The position numbers were made by a program, and so were the translations under genes. From a virus (taxonomy: Duplodnaviria; Caudoviricetes): DNA of 25,433 bases. The notes beneath the pieces were generated by a model that worked only from the letters and a program-made list of their open reading frames with translations, was not told where the DNA came from and searched no databases. Positions 16,349-24,900 of the stretch are shown piece by piece. The stretch lies in the IMG/VR virus record IMGVR_UViG_3300010398_000043, positions 1-25,433 of that record. One strand, given 5' to 3'. Position 1 is the stretch's first letter; every line of letters begins with the position of its first letter.

Positions 16349-17668
16349 ATGCCGCAACTGGCGACGATTCAGACGGGTGATAAAGCTGAGGCGCAAGAGG
16401 CGCCGTATCAGCCGTTTGGCGCCGCGCTGGAACTGTTTAGCTCTAAAGCTCGCGAGGTGCTGCTCTCCGGACCGGCTGGCACGGGTAAGAGCCGCGCGTG
16501 CCTGGAGAAGCTCAATCTGGTGGCCATGCAGCGGCCCATACGCGGCGCGATTATCCGCAAGACGCGGAAGTCCATCACGCAGAGCGCCATGATCACCTTC
16601 GAGACCAAGGTGCTGCCTCAGCCCAACTCGGTCCGCTTTCACGAGGGGGATCAGGAGTACAGGTATCCCTCGGGCGCGCGGATCATGGTCGCCGGGCTGG
16701 ACGACGCCGACAAGATCGGCTCCACCGAATTTGACATGGTCTACACCCAGGAAGCGACCGAGTTGGAGGAGGACGACTGGGGCATGCTCCTGCGCGGACT
16801 CAGGAACAACCAGCTGAGCTATCAGCAGCTGATTGCCGATTGCAACCCTGGGCCGCCCGAGCACTGGTTGAAGCAGCGCTGTGATCGGGGCGACTGCCAG
16901 CTGCTCGACTCGCGCCACGAGGACAACCCCACGCTGTGGGCCGCTGGTGACTGGACCGACTTCGGCAAGACGTACATTGGTAGCCTCGACTCGCTCCAGG
17001 GCTATCTGTATCGCAGGTTGCGGCTGGGTGAGTGGTGCGCCGCCGAGGGGATGTACTTCACCGAGTGGAATCCCAGCGTGCATGTGTGCGCGCCCTTCGA
17101 GATCCCCGCCGACTGGCCCAGGTGGATCTCGGTGGACTACGGCTACGCCGCGCCGTTCTGTTGTTTGTGGTTCGCCAGGTGCCCCGAGACCAGGCGCGTC
17201 TACGTATACCGGGAGTTGTACGCCGCTGGACTGCGAGACGAGCAGCAGGCCCAGAAGATCGTGGAGCGCACCGCTGACGAGCGGCTCCAGCTGCGCGTGC
17301 TGGACCCCAGCATGTTCAACCTCAGGACCGAGCAGCAAAGGCCCAGCATCGCCGCCGTGTACGCCGCGCATGGCGTGTACCCGCCTTCTCCAGGCATGAA
17401 CAACCGCAAGCAAGGCTGGGCCATCGTGCGGCGTGCGCTGGCGCACGATGCGGGACCATCTAGGCTTCAGGTACTCGCTGGCGCCGCGCCGAATCTCGTG
17501 CGCACCATGCCCACGCTCGTCGTAGATCCGCTCGATCCCGAGGACGTGGCGGATGCCATTCGCGGCACCAAGAGCGAGGACCACGCGGCGGATGCGCTCA
17601 GGTACGGCTTGTGCGCCGAGGCCCAGCCGCCCAGGACACGCGAGCCGACGGCTCTGAGGTTCGGATGA
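16349..17668 (+). CDS. terL: Terminase large subunit (PBSX-like)
   Basis: Walker A GPAGTGKS, Walker B-like VYTQEATE, coupling motif DCNP, nuclease motifs SVDYG and EDHAADALRY. Confidence 0.93.
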   Translation: MPQLATIQTGDKAEAQEAPYQPFGAALELFSSKAREVLLSGPAGTGKSRACLEKLNLVAMQRPIRGAIIRKTRKSITQSAMITFETKVLPQPNSVRFHEGDQEYRYPSGARIMVAGLDDADKIGSTEFDMVYTQEATELEEDDWGMLLRGLRNNQLSYQQLIADCNPGPPEHWLKQRCDRGDCQLLDSRHEDNPTLWAAGDWTDFGKTYIGSLDSLQGYLYRRLRLGEWCAAEGMYFTEWNPSVHVCAPFEIPADWPRWISVDYGYAAPFCCLWFARCPETRRVYVYRELYAAGLRDEQQAQKIVERTADERLQLRVLDPSMFNLRTEQQRPSIAAVYAAHGVYPPSPGMNNRKQGWAIVRRALAHDAGPSRLQVLAGAAPNLVRTMPTLVVDPLDPEDVADAIRGTKSEDHAADALRYGLCAEAQPPRTREPTALRFG

Positions 17669-17757
17669 GGAAGAGGCCCAGCTTGCGCCACTCGCGCTTC
17701 TATTACTGGTTCGTGGTGCTGGCCGGTATCAGCGGCGGCTATTGCTCGGACGACTGA
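17665..17757 (+). CDS. 30-aa peptide between TerL and portal
   Basis: ATGA overlap with TerL and TGATG overlap with portal; MRKRPSLRHSRFYYWFVVLAGISGGYCSDD. Confidence 0.45.
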   Translation: MRKRPSLRHSRFYYWFVVLAGISGGYCSDD

Positions 17758-19874
17758 TGGCTACCTTCACGGAATCCAAGTCGTCGTCCAAGAGCTACTC
17801 GGACGACGAGACCATGGAGCGCCAGACGACCGAGCTTGCCGAGCAGCTGCAACGCGACTTCAAGGACCGCGACACGTTGTACGCCGACATCGACAGCACC
17901 CTGTTTTCGAACTTCCCGGTCGAGATCCCCGAGGCGTACCGCAAGACCGCCCTGGAGGTCAGGGCGCCACTCGCCTTGCACATCGCCCAGAACGTCAGCG
18001 CGGCGCTGTCGGTCAACCCGCCCAGCATCCAGTTCCGACCGGTCGGCTTTGGCGACGTGTATCAGGAAAACTCCACTCGCAGAGAGCGTTTCTTCGAAGC
18101 CTCCTGGCAGCGCCAGGAGCAGGAGGCGCGCAGGCAGCTGGCCAGGCTGTTTATGTGGAGTCTGGCGGTCAAGGGCGAGGGCATCCTCAAGACGCTGGAG
18201 CGGAGTGCTGCGGTGTGGAGCACCTACGCCGATAAGGCCGACGACTACCAGAAGCGGCTGGCGTCGGACGGGCTGGATCAGGACGCCCAGGACCGCGCCT
18301 ACGACAAGCACACCGAGAACCTGAAGTTGCAACTGCCGTACCCGATTGCCACCACCGACGTACCGCCCGAGACGTTCTATTACACCCGCAACGAAAACGG
18401 CTTCACGTCCATTGTCGAGATCAAGGACGTGCCGTATCTGGAGGCCCTTGAACGTTTCGGCGCGGGCATGGATTCCAGCGGCAACGTGGTCAGCCCCCGG
18501 ACGTGGAGCGGCCTGGACCCGCGCGCCGCGCAACTCGCCCGACCGGAGTGGGCGCACGTCATGAAGGTCGCCGGCTCCACCAGCATCCGCTGCATCGAGG
18601 CCTGGGACGAAAACGTGCAGGTGGTGTGTTTGCAGGGGCCGAACCAGAGATCGCGCGGCATGGACAAGGCCACCCTGTGCAAGGTCACCAGGCACACCTA
18701 CGGCGACCCGTACCTGCACACCCTCAGAGGGCCGTACTTCCACGCCCTGGGCATCACCACCGCATCGAGACTGCCGGAGCACGCCGGACTCTCGGTATTG
18801 TTCGGCTACATCCAGTTGTTCAGGATGCTGGACAGCTTGCTGACCATCCAGGCCAACTCGGCGTTCCTGACGGGCTTCCCGACGTGGAAGGAGACCCAGA
18901 ACCCCAACGTCATCCCCAATCTGGCGTATGGCGCCGACGGGCGCGAGGCAGCTGCCCAGCCCAGGGTCGAACCCGGCAAGCTGTACCCCTTCGACATCGC
19001 GCCGGTGGATCAGCCCCAGGGCGGCGCCGACCTGTCCAAGCTGTTGCAGAACATCCAGCAGCTGATCGAGCGCGCCATGCCAGCCGCCTTTTCGGGTGCG
19101 GTGGGCGCCGACCAGAGCGGCTACGCGCTGAATCAGGCCGCGTATCTAGCTGGTTTAGCCTTCAACCCCATCGTCAGCAACGCCGAGGTGGCCCTGGGCG
19201 AACGCACCGGTTTCGAAAGCTGGTTGATCGAGCACAGGATCTCCGAGAACGTGTACGCCTGGGGCGAGGAGGAGGGGCGTCCCGGCAAGAAGGGCGCGGG
19301 TATGACCAAGGGCAACTGGCTCAAGATCGGCCCCGACGACCTCGACGGCATCCACCGCTACACCGTCAAGCTCAGCCCCAGCACGCCATCCAACGAGATC
19401 ATCGAGATCCGCGCCATTGGCGAAAAAATGCAGTTAAAGCTCATCTCTTACGAGGACGCCGTGACCGAGGCCGGCTCCAATCCGGATGAGGTGGAGCAGA
19501 GTTGGTTGCTGCACGATTTGAAGCAGAGCCCCGAGATCCAGACCCAGCTGAAAAACGCCGTGTTCCAGAAGCTGGCCACCATCCAGGCCAAGCAGCTGAA
19601 CGCGCCCGGCAACCCGTCGCCCGAGGAGATGGCCGGCATGCCACCCGGTGGTCCGCCAGCTGGACCTCCGACCGGTGTGCCAGGCACCCCCGGCACACCA
19701 CCCAGCGGCAACCTGGGCGGCATGCCTGGTAATCCGGTGCCCACGCCGGGCCAGGGCCTGCCCTTCGCGCCACCCCCCAGGGGGCCGATGCCAGGCTTGC
19801 CGCCGGGCGGCATCCCCGGTACGCCGGTGGTGCCCGCCCCGCCGCCCAACATGCTGCCCATGGGACCGCGCTAG
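17757..19874 (+). CDS. Portal protein (putative) with Pro/Gly-rich C-terminal tail
   Basis: About 705 aa directly after TerL; helical core, QSGYALNQ segment and low-complexity tail typical of podovirus-type portals. Confidence 0.75.
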   Translation: MATFTESKSSSKSYSDDETMERQTTELAEQLQRDFKDRDTLYADIDSTLFSNFPVEIPEAYRKTALEVRAPLALHIAQNVSAALSVNPPSIQFRPVGFGDVYQENSTRRERFFEASWQRQEQEARRQLARLFMWSLAVKGEGILKTLERSAAVWSTYADKADDYQKRLASDGLDQDAQDRAYDKHTENLKLQLPYPIATTDVPPETFYYTRNENGFTSIVEIKDVPYLEALERFGAGMDSSGNVVSPRTWSGLDPRAAQLARPEWAHVMKVAGSTSIRCIEAWDENVQVVCLQGPNQRSRGMDKATLCKVTRHTYGDPYLHTLRGPYFHALGITTASRLPEHAGLSVLFGYIQLFRMLDSLLTIQANSAFLTGFPTWKETQNPNVIPNLAYGADGREAAAQPRVEPGKLYPFDIAPVDQPQGGADLSKLLQNIQQLIERAMPAAFSGAVGADQSGYALNQAAYLAGLAFNPIVSNAEVALGERTGFESWLIEHRISENVYAWGEEEGRPGKKGAGMTKGNWLKIGPDDLDGIHRYTVKLSPSTPSNEIIEIRAIGEKMQLKLISYEDAVTEAGSNPDEVEQSWLLHDLKQSPEIQTQLKNAVFQKLATIQAKQLNAPGNPSPEEMAGMPPGGPPAGPPTGVPGTPGTPPSGNLGGMPGNPVPTPGQGLPFAPPPRGPMPGLPPGGIPGTPVVPAPPPNMLPMGPR

Positions 19875-19910
19875 GTGTCATGACGAGTCAATTCGCGGAG
19901 CGAATCTGAC

Positions 19911-20336
19911 GTGCCGACTCAGACGCTGTTGGATGCGGTGGCCACCGACCTGGCCGTGTGGCTGGATCAGGAGAGCACGCGCATCGCGGCCGCCATGGCG
20001 CCCCAGGGCCGCGCGCCGTTCGCCGCCCAGGTGTCGGAGAGCCAGAAGCTGGAGTACTACCGCAACCAGCTGTTCAATGCGGACGGCTCACCCAATCTGG
20101 CCGGCCGTCAGCAGCAGATGGCCAGGCTCGGACCGGAGGGTTTCACCCAGGTCTACAAGGCCGTCATCAAGGCCTACCCGGACCTCAAGGTGCCGCCGCC
20201 ACCGGGCATGACCAGCGGCGGCTTCCAGGCCACACCCCCCGCCCCTCCGTCACCCGTACCCGCGCCCATGCTGCCGCGTGGCATGCAGACCGCGCCGGCC
20301 CAGAACATCACCCCGGTGGTGCCCCCAGGAGCCTAG
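19911..20336 (+). CDS. Putative virion protein, Pro-rich C-terminus
   Basis: GGAG RBS with GTG start; abuts the next gene. Confidence 0.65.
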   Translation: MPTQTLLDAVATDLAVWLDQESTRIAAAMAPQGRAPFAAQVSESQKLEYYRNQLFNADGSPNLAGRQQQMARLGPEGFTQVYKAVIKAYPDLKVPPPPGMTSGGFQATPPAPPSPVPAPMLPRGMQTAPAQNITPVVPPGA

Positions 20337-21854
20337 ATGTCGTTCGATACCGCCGATCCCAGCCTGTACTCCACGGGCATGACGGCCGCCAACAACGCGG
20401 CCCAGATTGCCTACAACAACGCCAAGCTGCAAGGCGACGCCGAAGAGTTGGCCTTCAAGAAAGCCCAGCAGGCGTTTACCAACGCGTCCACCATCAGCAC
20501 CAACTTCGGCTACGCGCCCGGTGGCAACTGGCTGACCTGGGGGCCGGGCGGCCCCACCCAGCCGCCAGCGGGTACGGCGACCATGGGCCAGATCGCCCAG
20601 GGCCAGACGCTGGCCAACCAGCAGCTGGCCAATCAGGTGGCTATCGCCGGCCAGACGGGTTACTTCGCCCAGCCCACGCCCAGCCAGTACACGCCCGGCA
20701 CGGTGCTCACCGCAGCGTCCACCACGCCCGGCCTGGGCAACGCCTACGGCATCGTCAACACCGACGGCTCGGTGCAGATGGTGACCACCGAGGCCCTCGC
20801 CCAGACGGCCGCCCAGCGCGGCACCACGGCCCAGGCCCTCATCGGCAGCGCCCAGCCGGTCGATTGGAACACGTTGCAGGCCCTCAGTCAGGGGCCGCCC
20901 ACCGGCCCCGCGCAGATGACGCAGGCCGCCCAGCAGCAGCAGTACGCGCAGGCCGCCCAGTCGGCGGGCATCACCGGCTTCTTCAACGACCCGACCCAGA
21001 CGCTGAACGCCTACAACCAGCGTGGCCAGTCCATTGGCGGCCAGACCTTCGACCAGTTGCCCGGCGACCAGCAGCAGTACTGGCTGCAATACAACCAGAA
21101 CGACCGCACCAGGGCCGCCCAGGCCTGGGCGCAGGGCACCAACCAGGCGCTCGTCAACGCCGGTACGCCCATCCCCGGCCAGAACGCGCCGACGCTCCAG
21201 ATGCAGGCCCTGTACGGCCAGTACGGGGCGCCCACGGCTGGCCAGCAGACGCTCGCCGCGCAGAACCAGTACGCCCAGCTGTACGGCGGCGCCGGCGCCC
21301 CGCCGACGGCTGGCCAGACGACCATGGCCTACCAGCAGCAGCAGTACAACCAGTGGCTGCAAGCCACCCAGGAGGCCCGCGCGCAGTGGACCGCGCAGCA
21401 GAACGCGGCGCAGAGCTACATGCAGATGATGGCCAACCTCAGGGGGCCAGCCGACTGGGCGCAGTACCAGAAGGTGCTGGGCGCCACGCCGCAGGGCACC
21501 CGGGATCTGGTCAGGGCGGCAGCTGGTCAGTACATCCCTGGCGGCGGCGCAACCACCGGCGTGCAGCCCGAGGCGGCCAGCATGAATAGCCTCTACAACC
21601 AGCTGACGGGCGCCCAGACGAGCGGCCAGCCGAGCGGCGGCCAGGAGCTTCAGAACATGCAGAACACGCTGGTGGCGCCCAACCAGATGGCGCCCCAGAC
21701 GTGGAACGCGCTGCAACCCAGCCAGCAGCAGATGCTGCTCGGCGTGTGGGAGTCGCAGGGCTACAACAAGGACGACGCCGCGAACCTGTTCAAGCAGAGT
21801 TTGCCGAAGTACGCCACGAGTGCTCCCAGCGCCGGAGCGTTCCGCTTGCAGTGA
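20337..21854 (+). CDS. Gln/Ala/Thr-rich putative internal virion (ejection) protein
   Basis: 505 aa, low complexity, few charged residues, internal LYG..GAPTAGQ.T.A repeats. Confidence 0.65.
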   Translation: MSFDTADPSLYSTGMTAANNAAQIAYNNAKLQGDAEELAFKKAQQAFTNASTISTNFGYAPGGNWLTWGPGGPTQPPAGTATMGQIAQGQTLANQQLANQVAIAGQTGYFAQPTPSQYTPGTVLTAASTTPGLGNAYGIVNTDGSVQMVTTEALAQTAAQRGTTAQALIGSAQPVDWNTLQALSQGPPTGPAQMTQAAQQQQYAQAAQSAGITGFFNDPTQTLNAYNQRGQSIGGQTFDQLPGDQQQYWLQYNQNDRTRAAQAWAQGTNQALVNAGTPIPGQNAPTLQMQALYGQYGAPTAGQQTLAAQNQYAQLYGGAGAPPTAGQTTMAYQQQQYNQWLQATQEARAQWTAQQNAAQSYMQMMANLRGPADWAQYQKVLGATPQGTRDLVRAAAGQYIPGGGATTGVQPEAASMNSLYNQLTGAQTSGQPSGGQELQNMQNTLVAPNQMAPQTWNALQPSQQQMLLGVWESQGYNKDDAANLFKQSLPKYATSAPSAGAFRLQ

Positions 21855-21940
21855 CATGGCGGGTGCCCAGGACAGCTGTACGTGAGAAGTGTTTGGGCAG
21901 CTGCCGCCACGCCAACGCGTAACGGCGTGGCCACCCGCTC

Positions 21941-24900
21941 ATGACCCTGCCGGACATCCCCGAGGACGAGTGGCGCCAGTACGAGGTTGACCAGTTCAAC
22001 CAGCAGGCCCAGCAGCGTATCGACGCGCTCGGCTTCGAGCACGCGGCCAACGCCCAGATCGCCACGCTGGGAGCCCCGCCCGCCCCCTCGGCCACCGACC
22101 TGAGCGCGCAGGCGCCGGCGCCCGCCGATCTCCTGGCCCGTACAGGAGGTTGGGCCGCGCCGGCTGCGCCTCCTCCTCCACCTCCTCCTGAGCCGGCGCC
22201 GCAACCCGCCGAGGTCCAGCCAACTCCCCCGGAGCCAGTTGCGGCGCCTGCACCCTCAGAACCTGCGCCGCCGCCGGAGACCTTGCCATCTCAACCTCCG
22301 GCGGCGGCGACAGGCCCGAGTGCGCCAGTGACTGCGCCATTGCAAAGTCCGTCACCGCAGGTGACAGGGCAGCCACCTCCGAGCATGGCCCCACCTCCAA
22401 CGCAGGATCAGGGCCAAAGAGATGTCTTCGGAGACGCGCTGACGGCCGCCGCCAACGCGGGTGCCGACGTGGGAGCCTTCGCCAACGACTTCGCGGGTCG
22501 CATGGCGCAAGGTGCCGGCGACACCTTCGGGCACGCGCTGACGGCCGTCAGTAACGCCGGCGGCGACGTGGCCAACTTCGCCTCCAGTTTCACACCACCT
22601 CCTCCCCCACCCCCTCCGGCCCAGCCTGCGGTTAGCCCCTCTCCCTCCCTGAGTGCCGCTCCATCGCAGGCTGGGACCGCGAGCGTGACGGGAGTACCCG
22701 ACTGGCTGGCGACGCTGATTGCCCAGAACGCGCCGCCCGAGCTTGCCAACAACCCGGACTTCATCCGCACCGTGGCCGCCGGCGCCAAGGCTGAGAGCGG
22801 CTGGGACGTCAACTCGATCCAGAAGGGTGGCGGCGGGCGTGGCCTGTTCCAGTTCGACCTGGGCGGCATGGGCGCCCCATACGCAGGCAACGAGCAGCAG
22901 CTGCTCGGCCAGAGCGGCGCCCAACTCCAGGCCTCGCAGATCGTGCCGCTGTATGCCAAGGCGTACCAGAGCGCCCCGCAGGCCCTGAGCGGCGCCGACA
23001 AGGCCAGCTGGGTGGCTGCCCAGGCCGAGCGACCAGCGGGGTACACCGATCCCGGCTCGGCCGCGCGGCGCAACTACGCGAGCGCGTATGACCAGATCGG
23101 GGGCGCCGATCAGCCGCTGTGGCAGCAGGCCGGCAACGCCATCGGCGGCGCCGTGTCAGGCGTCAGGCAAGCCGTGGCCAATCAGGTCAGCCAGTTTGGC
23201 GACAAGCAGCTGAGTAGCGACGAGGCGTATGCCGCGTGCGGACCAGCGGCCGCAGTCAGGTTCGCGAGCATGTTCGGGCGCAACCCGACATTGCGGGAAG
23301 CCACCGACCTGGCCGCCAGCGTGGGCTGGACGAGCGGCGCGGGCATGGCCGGCATCGGCTCCGAAAAGAGCCTCATGGACAAGCTGGGCATCCCCACGCG
23401 TCTGGTTGGCCCGGACCTGGGCGCCATGGCCCGCGAGGCCCTCACCGGCAACCCGATCACCATCAGCACGCCCGGCCACTACTTCTTTGCCGACGGCTAC
23501 GACCCGCAGAGCGGCGCCTTCCACGTCGGGCAGAGCGGCCTGGATCTCAGGGGCGGCAGCGAGTGGATGACGCCCGACCAGATGCAGGCGCGCATGGGCC
23601 AGATCCAGGGCGCGCTGTTTGCCGACAACCCGCAGTCACCCGCGCCGTCCACGGCCGACCAGGGCTCCAACCCGCTCGGTTTTCTGGACCGCGCCAAGGA
23701 CGCCCTGGGCAGTACGTGGTCAAGCGTCATGCAGCCCGCCCAGAAGTGGTGGAGCGACGATCAGGACGTCAACCTGCTGAACCAGGCCGCCAGGAAGGCC
23801 TACAGCTTGACGTCAGATCTGGATACCAGCGGGGTCAGTGGCGCTCTGCATACCGCTGCTGACCTCGCTGGCCAGGCGCCCTCGCCACTCACCGGGGGCA
23901 CGCTGGCTGAAGCGGCCAACCTGCCGGGCGTGCAGGGTGCTCAGGCTTTTTTGGGTGGCGCGGCAAGTGAGCTTGGTCGCCAGGGCGCCTCGGTGATCGA
24001 GAGTCGGCTGGGTACGCCCGAGCGAGCGCTGGGTACCTACGAGCGAGCCCTGCTGAGCGGCGGCGCCAGCCTGGCTGACGTGGGTATGGCCATCAACCCT
24101 GGCGACATCGCCACGGCCGGCTTCGAGGCGGCGGGTGTGCCTGGTCACGAGCAGATGGGCTTCAGCATCCCCACGCCGCTGGGCAACATCGACGTCGGGC
24201 CGCGTGAGGTACTTGGCCAGCTGGCCGGCCTGGCCATCCCAGCTGGTGGCGAAGAGGAAGGCGCCCGCCTCGCCGGTCAGGCGGCGCGCGAGGTGGGTCG
24301 CGGCGCCGAGGAAGTGCTCGGCCGAGGCCTGGGCGCCCTGGAGCGCATCTCGCCCGCCGAGATCGCCTACGCCACCTCGCGGCGCGCGGGTGAGAGTGAT
24401 GCGGACTACCTGGCGCGTGTGGCAGCTGAGGCAACCCAGGAAGCAGCTGGTCAGGCCGGAACCCGAGAGCTAGGCAGGAGCCCAGAAGAGGCCTGGGCCG
24501 CCATGCGCAAAGCCACTGCCGAGGAGATGGGAACAACCCCAACCCCAACCCTCGAAGATCTGATCGCCAACCCCGACAAGATCCACCGTGCGGCACCCGT
24601 GACAGAAGGCGGCACGAATGGCCTGGTGGACGCCCAGGGCAACTTGCTCAGTAAGCCCACGCCCATTGAGCAGCTGGTGAGCGCGGATCAGGAGGAAGAG
24701 CCCATCAGCCAGCTGCTCGGTCCGAGTGGCCAGCTGCTCTCGACCGTGGCGGGCGGCAAGGTGCCCAAGTTCCGGGTCGGGGCTGGCCTGCCCATCGAGA
24801 GCATCATCCGCACCGTCGAGGGCACGCGCGATATGCCCGCGCCGAGTGCCGAGACGCTCCAGCGCATGCCCAACCTGATGCACCTGGCCAATGGCGACCC

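Noticed and set aside
18889-18900. AGGAGACCCAG inside the portal gene as a further motif copy
   Set aside because: It lacks the CAC ending and is explained by Lys-Glu-Thr-Gln codons.
16028-21857. Long alternative ORFs (16028-17584 -, 17739-18782 -, 18503-19489 +, 19958-21589 +, 20250-21857 -)
   Set aside because: They overlap TerL, portal or the Gln-rich gene in antisense or shifted frames, with shadow-like composition.
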